Shown here piece after piece: positions 39,897 through 50,108 of a DNA stretch of 64,000 bases (the stretch's first letter is position 1; the number at the start of each line of letters is the position of its first letter). The stretch comes from an uncultured bacterium (GTDB taxonomy: Bacteria > Abyssobacteria > SURF-5), in NCBI GenBank assembly GCA_964607485.1, contig CAZSKP010000004.1:32001-96000 (forward strand), given 5' to 3'. Made by a program: the position numbers and the translations under genes. Under the pieces are notes generated by a model. It was given only the letters and a program-made list of their open reading frames with translations, did not search any database and was not told where the DNA came from.

Positions 39897-42158
39897 ATGT
39901 TATCCACAATGGCAGAAAGAAAAGAAGACAGGCTCGCTCACGGTAAATCACGTAGGAAGTTCTCTACTGTTGGCGTGATCGCACTGGCTATCGCTGCCCT
40001 GGCGTTGTGTTCAACCCAATCAGCCATGGCGGGCGACATCCCTGGAACCGGTAAGGACGCGGGGAAGACAGTAGTGTATCGCGACACGTGGGGCGTGCCT
40101 CATATCTTTGCGCCGACCGTCGAGGCGGGCGCGTACGCCATTGGCTGGGCCCAGGCGGAAGATAGACCGGAGGAACTCCTCAAAAATTTCCTTCGAGCCA
40201 TGGGTGAAGACGCAAAGGTTGAAGGCCCGGCATGGATCAAGTCGGATCTGGTGATGCGTGCGTGGAGGAACTACGAAGTCTCCAAAGAAAACGCTCACCG
40301 CATCCGGCCTGAAGTGCGTAAGATGCAGCAGGCCTGCGTCCGCGGCATCAACGATTATTATGCTGCGCATCCGGAGGATGTTCCGGAATGGTGGGGAACG
40401 CGCAAGGTCGATGAATACATGATGATCGCGTTTGGCCGATTATTTCTCTATAATTGGTCTTTTGAGCAGGCGTTTGCCGATTTGGCCAGGGGCGGCATAG
40501 AACCCGGCATAGAGCCGATAAAGCATGGCTCGAACGAGTTCGCCGTCTCACCCGCCAGGAGCGCAGAGGGAGCGGCGATTCTTGCTATCGATCCGCATCT
40601 TTCGTGGTGGGGTTTGACTCGCTTCTGGGAGTTCCGCATTCATGCAGGCGAGCTCAACGGAAGCGGCTTCACTCTGCCCGGTTTTCCGAACATTGGGCTC
40701 GGCCATACCGACTATCTCGCCTGGGCGATGACCACCGGTGGGCCCGATACTGCCGATGTGTATGAACTCACCCTCAACGCGAATAACCCCTCGAAATATC
40801 TCTACGACGGCGAATGGAGGCAGATGACTTCACGTGACATAACGATAGAAGTGAAAGGAATGGAACCACAGCATTTCAGGGTCTACTACTCGCACTATGG
40901 CCCTGTCGTGGCCCAGAAGAACGGTAAAGCCTATGCCGCGAAAACCGCCTACGCCGATTGTGTCCAGGCGGGTGAGGCATGGTATGAACTGAACTTCGCA
41001 AAAGATTATCGGGGTCTTATCGCCGCGGCGGACACACTCCAGCTCTACCCGCAGAACGTCATGGTCGCCGATACCTCCGGCAATATTTTCTATGAGCGCG
41101 TGGGGCGCGTGCCCCGCCGGCCGGCGGGATTCGACTGGTCGCGGCCGGTCAACGGATCGACATCGGCGACCGAATGGCAAGGGTTTCATCCGGCCTCTGA
41201 CTTTGTTCAGATACTCAATCCGTCGCAAGGATACATGCAGAACTGCAACGTTCCGCCTGATGTGATGATGGTCGGCAGTCCCCTCACGCCCGGGAAGACG
41301 CTGCCCTACCTGTATGGCGACCTGATCTACGGTCCGCTCAGTGGCTGGATAACTTCACGCGGTGCCCGGGCGGTCGAGCTGCTTCAAGCCGACGACTCGG
41401 TGACTGCGCAAGAAGCCAAATCATATATTCTGGATGTTCGCCCGGCCGGTATTGATCGATGGCTTGAGGTCTTGAGGAACGCGGACGCAAAATTCGGTGC
41501 AGCGCATAAGGACGACAGCGATTACGTGGCAGGCATCAAAGAAATGAAAGCCTGGAATGGCGAGCTTCGGCGCGATTCATCAGCCGCCTTGAAGTACTAC
41601 TATTGGAAGAAGCAGCTCTTCGAGGATTACGGAACCGATCCTTCGGCAATTGAATTGGCCGGGCGCATCGATGACCTGCTTGGCTCAGTGGGTGCTCCCG
41701 CTCCAGAATTGAATTTGACGGACGACCAGCTTGCGGCCCTCGCCGACGCCTTTGCCTCGGCCATGGCAAGCCTGAAGGCCGACATGGGCTCGCTCGACGC
41801 GAAATATGGCGACATGTTCCGCGTGGGGCGAGACGACAAGTCCTGGCCTGTAGGCGGTGGAGGTCCCAATAATCTGGGTATGCGAACGCTCCGTAACGTG
41901 GAATATGGACCCGAACGGCCAGACCATACTCGCTGGGGCAGTGGTGGCCAGACCTCAACGCAGATCGTCGTCATGAGCAAACCCGTGAGGAGCTGGACCG
42001 CTGTACCGATTGGGCAAAGCGACCGACCGGAGTCGCCGCATTACAACGATCAGGCCGAAAAGCTCTTCAGCAAGCGCACGCTGAAACCCACGTGGTACGA
42101 CCCTGAAGAGCTGGCAGGCCACATAGAATCACGCACCGTTCTCGACCGGGCACCTTAA
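39897..42158 (+). CDS. Penicillin acylase family Ntn-hydrolase (exported)
   Basis: Signal-peptide-like N-terminus; 'YRDTWGVPHI', 'GWAQAEDR', autoprocessing 'GSNEF', 'DPHL', 'SPHYNDQ'. Confidence 0.9.
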   Translation: MLSTMAERKEDRLAHGKSRRKFSTVGVIALAIAALALCSTQSAMAGDIPGTGKDAGKTVVYRDTWGVPHIFAPTVEAGAYAIGWAQAEDRPEELLKNFLRAMGEDAKVEGPAWIKSDLVMRAWRNYEVSKENAHRIRPEVRKMQQACVRGINDYYAAHPEDVPEWWGTRKVDEYMMIAFGRLFLYNWSFEQAFADLARGGIEPGIEPIKHGSNEFAVSPARSAEGAAILAIDPHLSWWGLTRFWEFRIHAGELNGSGFTLPGFPNIGLGHTDYLAWAMTTGGPDTADVYELTLNANNPSKYLYDGEWRQMTSRDITIEVKGMEPQHFRVYYSHYGPVVAQKNGKAYAAKTAYADCVQAGEAWYELNFAKDYRGLIAAADTLQLYPQNVMVADTSGNIFYERVGRVPRRPAGFDWSRPVNGSTSATEWQGFHPASDFVQILNPSQGYMQNCNVPPDVMMVGSPLTPGKTLPYLYGDLIYGPLSGWITSRGARAVELLQADDSVTAQEAKSYILDVRPAGIDRWLEVLRNADAKFGAAHKDDSDYVAGIKEMKAWNGELRRDSSAALKYYYWKKQLFEDYGTDPSAIELAGRIDDLLGSVGAPAPELNLTDDQLAALADAFASAMASLKADMGSLDAKYGDMFRVGRDDKSWPVGGGGPNNLGMRTLRNVEYGPERPDHTRWGSGGQTSTQIVVMSKPVRSWTAVPIGQSDRPESPHYNDQAEKLFSKRTLKPTWYDPEELAGHIESRTVLDRAP

Positions 42159-42340
42159 TATGATCGCGTTCAGCCTGATGCGGGATGCGAAGATGCTCCG
42201 GCTTCTGGTGGGCAAGAATCCCGTCCTGCAGATAATCGCGCTGCAGAAGGTATGGGATAGATCAGCGATATGCGAGAAGATTTGTATTTTCATATGGGGT
42301 GCAGGGCCGAATTCATTCGGCCACACGACCCCCGAGCGGC

Positions 42341-43369
42341 CTAAATGAACGTCAGCATCCTCGCAGGATTTCCAACCGTTATCGCGTCGATATCCTGATT
42401 GCTCATTCCCTTGCGCTTCATGATGGGAAGCACGCTGTCGAGTATGTGATTATACCCCTCCCCGCCGTATTTCGCCAATTGCGTCTTGTGGCAGACATCC
42501 ATCGATACGAGTATTTTGTCACCGTACCCTCTTTCAATGAGATTGATGATGTAATCGACCCGTCCCGCATCATTCGGCATGTCGATATCCGAAAGCGGAT
42601 AGTAGCTTGCCTCCTGGCCAAAGAGATCGAACTCAATATAGCATCCGGTTTCGGCCAGCCTGAGCATATCGTTCAGTTTCAGGAGTGTCCGCTCCACATG
42701 ACTCATAATCGTTCGTTCCGGATCACCTCCGGCGTCCTTGACAATGCGGATCGCATCGAGAGGCGCCTCCTCGGAGCGCCCGGGATGAATGTTGAGAGCT
42801 GCGCCTGATTGCGTCTGAGCCATGGCGCCGGCGCGAAGAACTCTAACCTCATTGTCATATGCCGGCCAATCCAGCGCTATCTCACCGATGATGCCGGCCT
42901 TTATCCCTGTTCCGTCTGCACCGCGGGTGATTTCGTTCAAGAAAATCCCGGCGATATCCTCTTCCGAGAGATTTGCTATGTCGGGCGGATGAAAGGCGGC
43001 GTTGTAGTAACTCGTTCCCATGACGACATGGACGCCTGCGGCACGCGATATGCGCGCATATGCCTCAGGGTCGCGGCCGGTACCGATGGGACTCAGCTCA
43101 ACAACCGTTGCGCCGCCCGATGCCTTGAAGCGCTTCAATTCTTCAATGGCATCTGTCTCGCTGTCGAGGCTCAAGTTGTACGGATTGCTGAGCCAGTTGC
43201 GTCGAAAATAGCCGACATTCTCGAGCGTTATCGGTTCACCTTTGTATTCTTCACGCAACGTTTCAGGAATCAAGTTAACGAGGAGATGCTCGTGGGTCTG
43301 CGTAAAGCCCAGTTCCTCTGGCCCGATAACGCCCAGAACCGTCTGTACTTTTCCCGTCAATTCTTCCAT
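42341..43369 (-). CDS. Phosphotriesterase-homology (PHP/PTE-like) amidohydrolase
   Basis: 'VQTVLG', 'THEHL', 'GIIGEI', 'NIHPG', 'MSH', 'SMD'. Confidence 0.9.
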   Translation of the reverse strand: MEELTGKVQTVLGVIGPEELGFTQTHEHLLVNLIPETLREEYKGEPITLENVGYFRRNWLSNPYNLSLDSETDAIEELKRFKASGGATVVELSPIGTGRDPEAYARISRAAGVHVVMGTSYYNAAFHPPDIANLSEEDIAGIFLNEITRGADGTGIKAGIIGEIALDWPAYDNEVRVLRAGAMAQTQSGAALNIHPGRSEEAPLDAIRIVKDAGGDPERTIMSHVERTLLKLNDMLRLAETGCYIEFDLFGQEASYYPLSDIDMPNDAGRVDYIINLIERGYGDKILVSMDVCHKTQLAKYGGEGYNHILDSVLPIMKRKGMSNQDIDAITVGNPARMLTFI

Positions 43370-43456
43370 CAGACACAATCCTTTTCAGGATTCCCGTCTC
43401 ACAAACGGCCCAAAAGGAATGGAGTGCGCGGCGGAGTAACAGTGCGGCGCGTAGTA

Positions 43457-43485
43457 AGTATAGTAGTGAGATATTAGCGTGTCAA
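43457..43485 (-). promoter_or_regulatory. Sigma70-type promoter of the PTE-like gene
   Basis: Minus strand TTGACA (43485-43480), 17 nt, TATACT (43462-43457). Confidence 0.6.
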
Positions 43486-43833
43486 GCAAGTAAAGGTCTG
43501 CCTGCAGGCATTTGCCTTTCCCCCGCGGGGAGAAGCCTAACCGCTGTCCCAGGCTTCTTTTGTGCAGAAATCAGTGCATTCTGGTATGCTAATATCGTTT
43601 TCGGGATACCAAGAAGACCTGATAGCGTTGGGAGATGCAGGTCACTCTTTCCCCAACCGTCGGAAGCGAATCCAGTTCATACGTCAGTATTTTGGGGCGT
43701 CGGATTCACGAAAAGAGAGGACATTGAGATCCGAAAGCGGAAATAATGGACGTAAGATAGATCATTCTCTCCTTGGTCCTCTCCCGTCATGGGAGGGGAG
43801 GACGACGATGGGATGTGTAATGAAAGGAAATAT

Positions 43834-44586
43834 ATGAAAAGAATATTAGGTCATTCAGATCTCCTTGAATTGAAGCGGTGGAATACGCCCTCCGTCTATA
43901 ACGGGTGGGAGCAAGTGACTGAGCGTGATAGTGCGGGTGAGTGCTTCAATATGGAAGAGACCCGCGATTTCATGCCGCAGATGGGGCCCATGATTGGATA
44001 CGCGGTGACGGTCGTGTTTGAACCCTCAAATCCCAATCATGTTAAAGACAAACCGAACGGCTGGGCGGAATACCGCGACTATGTGGCTTCTGTAGATGGC
44101 CCGAAGATTGTCGTGGTGCAGGATCTTGACAAACCGCAAGGGGTCGGCTCTTTCTGGGGCGAGGTCAATTCCAATATACATAAGGCCCTGGGCTGTGTTG
44201 GAACAATCACCGACGGAGCGGTGCGGGATGTCGATGAGATGGCGAACGCGGGATTCAAGGCCATTGCGCGCAGAATGTGCGTTGGCCATGCCCATTGCCA
44301 TCCGGTAAACTGGAACTGCGAAGTAGAGGTGTTCGGTACAAAGGTGAAACCCGGAGACCTGATACACGCGGACAAACACGGATTCTTGGTTATCCCCCCT
44401 GAAGACCAGAAGCGTCTTCTTGAAGCTTCACGATTTATGGACAGCAATGAATGCAAGACCCTGATTCGCGCGGCGAGAAATTCCTCCGGAAAAACAAACA
44501 GGGAGATACTGGACAGCATAAATGAGGCCGGAAAAGAGTTCGGCAAGAACGTGAAGAAGAAATTCGGAGGACAAGGGGAGTGGTGA
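43834..44586 (+). CDS. RraA/HMG-aldolase family protein
   Basis: 'MIGYAVT', 'FWGE', 'TITDGAVRD', 'VKPGDLIHADKHG'. Confidence 0.88.
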   Translation: MKRILGHSDLLELKRWNTPSVYNGWEQVTERDSAGECFNMEETRDFMPQMGPMIGYAVTVVFEPSNPNHVKDKPNGWAEYRDYVASVDGPKIVVVQDLDKPQGVGSFWGEVNSNIHKALGCVGTITDGAVRDVDEMANAGFKAIARRMCVGHAHCHPVNWNCEVEVFGTKVKPGDLIHADKHGFLVIPPEDQKRLLEASRFMDSNECKTLIRAARNSSGKTNREILDSINEAGKEFGKNVKKKFGGQGEW

Positions 44587-44728
44587 TTCGATTGTGGAGT
44601 GCGTTATCGCGAACCGGAAATCCCGCTAAGGAGAGTTCGGGGGAATTTGGATTTGGAACTACTCAATAGTATGCAGTGTCGATGGGGGCAGGCCAAAGCC
44701 GTCTTCTTTGGGAAATCGCTGTACGCCA

Positions 44729-45703
44729 ATGACTGAAAAGTTTCGTCCGGCACCCGTATTGAAAAATCCTTTCCTCCAGACCGTTCTGGGCGGCAGCAAG
44801 TTGCGCAAGCTGGGAAACAACCCTATGCTGTCAGCCACCCGGGAAATGATACTTGAAACGAGTGACCATGTTCGGCTGATCGGCCACTATTCCGCCCACC
44901 CCGAATCCAGAGGCCTTGTGATCCTTTTAAGCGGCTGGCTGGGAGATGCGGGTTCCGCATACATCATCAGCACAGGCAGATATCTGTATCAAAATGGTTA
45001 CAGCGTTTTCAGGCTCAACTACCGGGATCACGGTGACAGCCATCATCTCAATGAGGGGCCTTTCTATGCAACCATGCTGGATGAAGTGTTTGAGTGCGTC
45101 GGCCAGGCGGCGTCCATTGAAAAAGGCCGGCCAGCCTTTCTGGCCGGTTTTTCCCTTGGGGGAAATTTTGCTCTGCGCATCGCCCGAAAGTGTGCGACAA
45201 CCCATATTGAAAGTCTGCAGCACATCGTCAGCATCAGCCCCCTCCTTGATCCGGAGAAAACAACGGATGCAGTTGACCGTAATAGAATCATCCGTACCTA
45301 TTTCTTGAAAAAATGGCGCAAATCCCTTTTGAAAAAACAGTCCCTCTTCCCCGAAAAATACGATTTTGGCAGTTTCCTCAACAACAATATACGCGACTTA
45401 ACCGAAGAACTGATTAAACAGTACAGCTCCTATGAAAATGCACAGCAATATTTCGAAGCTTATTCAATCAAAAATGACTCACTCATGAACATACCCGTTC
45501 CAACCACCATTGTTACCGCAGAAGACGACCCCATCATTCCCATTGCGGATTTTCGTCGGCTGAAACTGAATCGCCTGACAAAGCTTGTGATTCATCAATA
45601 TGGGGGACATAACGGCTTTATAGAGAACTTCAGGCTCAATACATGGTATGAGAGACACATGGTAGACCTTTTTGATGAGATTGTTGGCGCCAGTCTTTCA
45701 TAA
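44729..45703 (+). CDS. Alpha/beta hydrolase (YheT-like)
   Basis: 'NPFLQT', 'RLNYRDHG', nucleophile 'GFSLGG', 'DDPII', 'GGHNGF'. Confidence 0.88.
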   Translation: MTEKFRPAPVLKNPFLQTVLGGSKLRKLGNNPMLSATREMILETSDHVRLIGHYSAHPESRGLVILLSGWLGDAGSAYIISTGRYLYQNGYSVFRLNYRDHGDSHHLNEGPFYATMLDEVFECVGQAASIEKGRPAFLAGFSLGGNFALRIARKCATTHIESLQHIVSISPLLDPEKTTDAVDRNRIIRTYFLKKWRKSLLKKQSLFPEKYDFGSFLNNNIRDLTEELIKQYSSYENAQQYFEAYSIKNDSLMNIPVPTTIVTAEDDPIIPIADFRRLKLNRLTKLVIHQYGGHNGFIENFRLNTWYERHMVDLFDEIVGASLS

Positions 45704-45762
45704 TCGATCCTGCACAACCCGATGATGAGACGTCGCCGCCCGAAAACTCCCGCCGCCTGGCA

Positions 45763-45792
45763 TTGACATGAACGCAGTCCTGCCGCTATAAC
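45763..45792 (+). promoter_or_regulatory. Sigma70-type promoter upstream of the comM 5' relic
   Basis: TTGACA (45763-45768), 18 nt, TATAAC (45787-45792). Confidence 0.5.
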
Positions 45793-45833
45793 TGCGCCAC
45801 TGTTTTCTACCGACATGCAACCAGGGAATTCCG

Positions 45834-45938
45834 ATGCTCGCGAAGGTCTTCAGCAGTTGCGTGTTCGGGGTGGACGCCTACCAGGTCGAGGTCGAGGTGG
45901 ACCTGGGCGGCGGGCTGCCTTCGTACAAAGTCGTTGGC
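45834..45938 (+). pseudogene. comM: 5' relic of comM (YifB family Mg-chelatase-like AAA+ ATPase)
   Basis: MLAKVFSSCVFGVDAYQVEVEVDLGGGLPSYKVVG is the characteristic ComM N-terminus. Similarity stops where 'LPD' should follow. Confidence 0.8.
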
Positions 45939-46155
45939 TCGGGAGGCGCCAGCTCAAACCTCTCCGCCCACAAGAACTCTCGCAGCTTTCCAGCCTCCCA
46001 TAAGACTGGCCGCGTTGGTAAACCCTTCCGGGCTACGCCCTCCAGGGTTCACCAACCTCTCCCCAATACACTCGCTCCCTTTTGTGCCAGTTGTTATCCG
46101 CTATTATCGTTGCAATGTCGATCGAGCCAAAGCCGGACTGTTTCTCGTCCTTCTA

Positions 46156-46599
46156 TTATCGATAAGGAAAGAGGCTGCGCTTGAAGTCGTCAAGTTGATT
46201 GAGGAGTTTCAAGTGCTTGGATTCGTCTTCAAGCAAATATGTGAGGAGATACCTGATCTCAAATAGTCGACTGTCGCGAATCGCTTCCTGCGCGATATCC
46301 ACTGACTTATGCTCGATCCCGTGGTAGCCTTCCACCAAATCCCATATTTCCACCAGCTCGTCCGGCGTCAGGTGAAGTGCCTCCTTTGTAAGGCTATCTC
46401 TAATAAGCTTCAGAACTTCAATATGCGACTCTGAATCTCTTCGGATTATTTCAGCGATCATTTTTATCAAAGTATTCTTGGTTCTTTTCTGAACTTCGGT
46501 GCATGTTTTTGCTGAAAGTGATTCCATCTTCTGCCATTTGTCCAAGTCAACAAGAAATCGCTCCTTCTTCTCAGCAGACTCCAATGACTTCCTTGGCAT
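46156..46599 (-). CDS. Ferritin-like four-helix-bundle protein (hypothetical)
   Basis: Two E..(D/E)xxH units: 'QKME....IIRRDSESH' and 'HGIE....LLEDESKH'. Confidence 0.65.
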   Translation of the reverse strand: MPRKSLESAEKKERFLVDLDKWQKMESLSAKTCTEVQKRTKNTLIKMIAEIIRRDSESHIEVLKLIRDSLTKEALHLTPDELVEIWDLVEGYHGIEHKSVDIAQEAIRDSRLFEIRYLLTYLLEDESKHLKLLNQLDDFKRSLFPYR

Positions 46600-46934
46600 G
46601 ATCAATCACCCTTTCTTGCCACAGTTCACCTCGCAAGAGTTTTCGGGTTACGGCTCCAATCGTGCGGACGTTCTCCCCATGTCCAGCCAAACCAGGGAAA
46701 ACTCTTGAGAAGGCTGAGGCGCCCCTATAAAACTGAGGCAACACACCCTAAACCATTGGCCTAAGAGCCTTTATTCCTTAGCCCGTTCTGACACCCTCGC
46801 CAGTTGGTAGCTCTGGCCTTGAACATGCGCACATTAATTATACCATGATCTATTGAGCTGTGGCGTATCCGGTGACAATTTGAGAAAAAACAATAGATTT
46901 GCTCATATATTAATTATTTCCAATTTTTGGAAAA

Positions 46935-47005
46935 TCAACCTTCCACCCATCCGATCGTTCAAATAGCGCCCTCAGAGAGTGCATAATACGTTTTCAATTC
47001 TGCAT
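46935..47005 (+). repeat. Dispersed intergenic repeat, core copy E
   Basis: TCAACCTTCCACCCATCCGATCGTTCAAATAGCGCCCTCAGAGAGTGCATAATACGTTTTCAATTCTGCAT. Confidence 0.8.
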
Positions 47006-47116
47006 TTTATGAGATGGCGTCTTCCCCCGAAAGGGTAGCCCAATAGGATCTCTTGCTTTGAACATCGTTCTGGAGCCGTTTCAGGCCTTAGAAGAGGCAG
47101 GTGCGTCGAATAACCA

Positions 47117-48034
47117 TTAGAGACTATTCAGTTTGGTGAACAGGTCGCGAAAGATCGGGTCGCGATGGACATAGGTGGCATAGCGGATAAGATGCCGGCT
47201 GCCATCAAAACTCCAGGTGAGTTCATCGGTCACAATCGGGCTGTTGACCAACTCTGTCGGTACCCAATTGTCGTTGATGAGGTAGGCAATGGCGGAGATA
47301 TCCCAGATGATTTTAGACCAGCCAAAGTGGTCTGTATGATACCCTTTAACAGTCTCCACCAGGTAATTTCCTAACTCACTCCTGCCGAGGACAAAAGCCT
47401 CAAGCTCAGGGACCGTGGTCTGCAGGTGAGACGCGACACCCATGGCGGGAATATGAACCAGCGGCACGCCGCAATCGAAGATAAGCCGCGAGGCCGGCAC
47501 GTCCTGCCATAAATTGAATTCCTGCGTATGCGGCCAGTGCAGGGCATGCCCGCCCAACCAGACAACCACAATCCTGTCGACAATCTCAGGCTCCATGAGA
47601 ATTGCGGAAGCCACATTGGTGATGGCCCCGATAGCGACGACATAGAGCAGGTCATCCGCTGACGCGGCCATAGCCCGCGCCACCAGATTTGATGCGGCCT
47701 CACTATCCTGAGGCTGAAGGTTGGCGTTAAGGTAGGCGGTCGATCCCCTATAGGCAAAATCTTCTGCGGGCCACTGCATTTTACTTAACAGCCTGATAAT
47801 CTCCTCATAGCTTTTTTCCATGCCGTCTGCCGGTCCCGAAGACCGGTCGTTGTGGAACGGTGCGGCGTAGATCGCTTCAACCGCCAGCCGGTCCGGCGAC
47901 AGCAGCGCATAGACCAGGGCAAACTGATCGTCAACTTCATTATAAGTATCCGTATCAAGTACCATCCGTACCTTATTCGTTGGCGGCTGCAACCGAGCCA
48001 GGCGCGCCGATTCAGAAATGGTCGGAAATTTCAC
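47117..48034 (-). CDS. Nucleoside hydrolase (IU-NH family)
   Basis: 'VLDTDTYNEVDDQFAL', 'IGAITNVA', 'EFNL', 'IWD'. Confidence 0.88.
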   Translation of the reverse strand: MKFPTISESARLARLQPPTNKVRMVLDTDTYNEVDDQFALVYALLSPDRLAVEAIYAAPFHNDRSSGPADGMEKSYEEIIRLLSKMQWPAEDFAYRGSTAYLNANLQPQDSEAASNLVARAMAASADDLLYVVAIGAITNVASAILMEPEIVDRIVVVWLGGHALHWPHTQEFNLWQDVPASRLIFDCGVPLVHIPAMGVASHLQTTVPELEAFVLGRSELGNYLVETVKGYHTDHFGWSKIIWDISAIAYLINDNWVPTELVNSPIVTDELTWSFDGSRHLIRYATYVHRDPIFRDLFTKLNSL

Positions 48035-48275
48035 TATCTCTTCACCTTTCAGAAGGTAACCCGTTGTTGATGAATATAAGAGTCGTGCCCAAAAAGCCTC
48101 GATGCGCGCGTGGCGTTTGATGCGTCGCCATTATAGCCACTGCGTTTCCACTTTATCAGTAGCTTTGTTGCAAGCAGAACATGAAGGAACTCTGTAAATG
48201 ATCTATTCCTCCAGCGGCCTTGCGAAGCACATCTACTAAGCCTGCGTATTAGGCGTCTCCATGAGCATTGCATAT

Positions 48276-48387
48276 GAGCGCGGGGAATAGATTCCTGAGA
48301 ATACAGTGAGAACCTTCACTTTCCCGGCCATCCGATCGTTCAAATGGCGTCCTCAGGTAGTGCGCAATACGTATTCAACTCTTGACT
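48276..48387 (+). repeat. Dispersed intergenic repeat, copy F (upstream arm + core)
   Basis: AATAGATTCCTGAGAATACAGTGAGAACCTTCACTTTCCCGG-CCATCCGATCGTTCAAATGGCGTCCTCAGGTAGTGCGCAATACGTATTCAACTCTTGACT. Confidence 0.8.
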
Positions 48388-48411
48388 GGCTTTACAAGGC
48401 CGATTCTATCG

Positions 48412-49578
48412 CTATAGCGGTATCGTCAGTTCGTCAAGGGTCTCGGGCGCTTCGGTGAGCTTCGCGTTTCCCGTGTCGGTAATCAGCACCGTGTCGGAGT
48501 GTCGGAAGCCGCCCACGCCCTCTATGTAGATCCCCGGCTCGATGCTGATCATCATTCCCGGCACGAGTTCGCGCTCGTCGCCGAGAGCGACATACGGGGC
48601 CTCATGGCCGGTTATTCCCATACCGTGACCCGTTCGGTGGATGATGTTATGGCCGTAGCCCGCATCTGCAATGACTTTGCGCACTCTCTTGTCTATCTCG
48701 CTCAGAACTGCGCCGGGTTTCGCCATGTCATAGGCAAGCGCCCTTGCCTCCATGGAAACCTCGAAAGGCCTTTTTGCGTTTTCGGGCACGTGGCCGAGGA
48801 AAAATGTCCTCTCGATCTCTACGCCGTAACCGTCAATCTGTCCTCCTACGCCGGAGACATGCGGGCCGCCCTCCTCCATGGGAAGGAACGGGGTAGGCAC
48901 AAAATGCGGGTCGTGCGACTTTGATGGAGGCAGGACCATCGCTACGGGCTTGGTGACAAAGTAATTGCAGTCCGGGATGTCTTCGAGAATTTTTTCCATC
49001 AGGAATCGTTGGACTTCGGTAAATACGAACATCTCCAATGCGCCCGGTCTTGCAACCTCGAGCAGCACCTTGTGTCCCTCGCTTATGATCCCACAGGCAT
49101 GTACGTTCCGTCCGATTTCGTATTCCGTCTTGACAAGGCGAACCTCATCGATGATGTCGTCGACTATCTGCTCTCCGGGCGTTTTCTTGGAGATATGAAT
49201 TGGCATGGCGCCTTCGATTCCCACGAGGGCATCGTTCTCGATCAGAAGTTGATACACCTCGAACCAGTTCTCGCCTTTCGGGGCGGGAAACTCATAGTAT
49301 GTTACATAATCCAGTTCTATCCGCGCCCGTGTCTTAACATGGGCTGCCTCCAGAAGGGGACACACCATGTTCGGCGCTCCACTATTCGATATCACCAGGA
49401 GAAAGGGCCGCTCGTGCACATAATTGGCGAAGTTGGTAAGGTAATAGATGTTCACCGGATCGAAGGAGACATAGTAGTCCAGGTTTCTTTCCCGCATCAA
49501 CGCTCTTACCTTCTCCAGACGACCGGTGAGTTCCTCCTCGGTTGGAGGTGACGCTATCGGCTTTGGTGTTTCGCTCAT
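48412..49578 (-). CDS. M24 family Xaa-Pro peptidase/creatinase-like protein
   Basis: 'NIYYLTNF', 'EIERTF', 'HRTGHGMG', 'HEAP', 'SIEPGIY', 'GFRHSDTV'. Confidence 0.9.
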   Translation of the reverse strand: MSETPKPIASPPTEEELTGRLEKVRALMRERNLDYYVSFDPVNIYYLTNFANYVHERPFLLVISNSGAPNMVCPLLEAAHVKTRARIELDYVTYYEFPAPKGENWFEVYQLLIENDALVGIEGAMPIHISKKTPGEQIVDDIIDEVRLVKTEYEIGRNVHACGIISEGHKVLLEVARPGALEMFVFTEVQRFLMEKILEDIPDCNYFVTKPVAMVLPPSKSHDPHFVPTPFLPMEEGGPHVSGVGGQIDGYGVEIERTFFLGHVPENAKRPFEVSMEARALAYDMAKPGAVLSEIDKRVRKVIADAGYGHNIIHRTGHGMGITGHEAPYVALGDERELVPGMMISIEPGIYIEGVGGFRHSDTVLITDTGNAKLTEAPETLDELTIPL

Positions 49579-49735
49579 GGCTTCCTCCGATAATCCTTAT
49601 CTTAAGCCCCAACGTCTATGAGTTTTCCCTCATTGATTTAGAATATCATATCATATTGGACAGCCCTGCAAATGGCAGTGCGAACAATCCAGTTCCGTGT
49701 CAAACCTCGCCGTTTCCCTTACCTCTCGGAGGGAA

Positions 49736-49793
49736 ATCCGACCTTTTAGATATCGCTCTGAGAGAGTGTAAAAGACGTTTTCGATTCTGCACT
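49736..49793 (+). repeat. Dispersed intergenic repeat, core copy G
   Basis: ATCCGACCTTTTAGATATCGCTCTGAGAGAGTGTAAAAGACGTTTTCGATTCTGCACT. Confidence 0.75.
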
Positions 49794-49900
49794 AGTTACG
49801 ACCTTTCCCATAAAGCATTCTTGCTCTTTACGAAACTGAAGGACACCCATCTCACTAGGGTCGGGATGACCTCAAATCTGATGCTGCCTAGGGTTGAGAT

Positions 49901-49929
49901 TTGACATTTGCGCTTTGCCGGTTTATAAT
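49901..49929 (+). promoter_or_regulatory. Consensus sigma70 promoter
   Basis: TTGACA (49901-49906), 17 nt, TATAAT (49924-49929). Confidence 0.7.
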
Positions 49930-50108
49930 TTGGTTGAAATTACTTTCCCAACCTCAGGTGCTTCCCGGAGGGGAACAATGGCGCTGGGGTTTGCAAAGGG
50001 AATTCAAAAAGGGCTGTCTTCTCTGACTGTAGGAAGAGAGAAGACAGTTTTTTTATTTGCCGGTCTAAGAATCTTCAGAGACAAGTTGGATCCCATCCGG
50101 CAAAAGCG

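Noticed and set aside
43777-43803. TCCTCTCCC-GTCAT-GGGAGGGGA hairpin resembling a REP motif
   Set aside because: Single imperfect copy in the window; cannot be distinguished from a local leader hairpin.
45939-46184. Continuation of the 116-aa ORF beyond the comM-like 35 residues
   Set aside because: Low-complexity read-through into non-homologous sequence that overlaps the convergent gene; not treated as a real protein.
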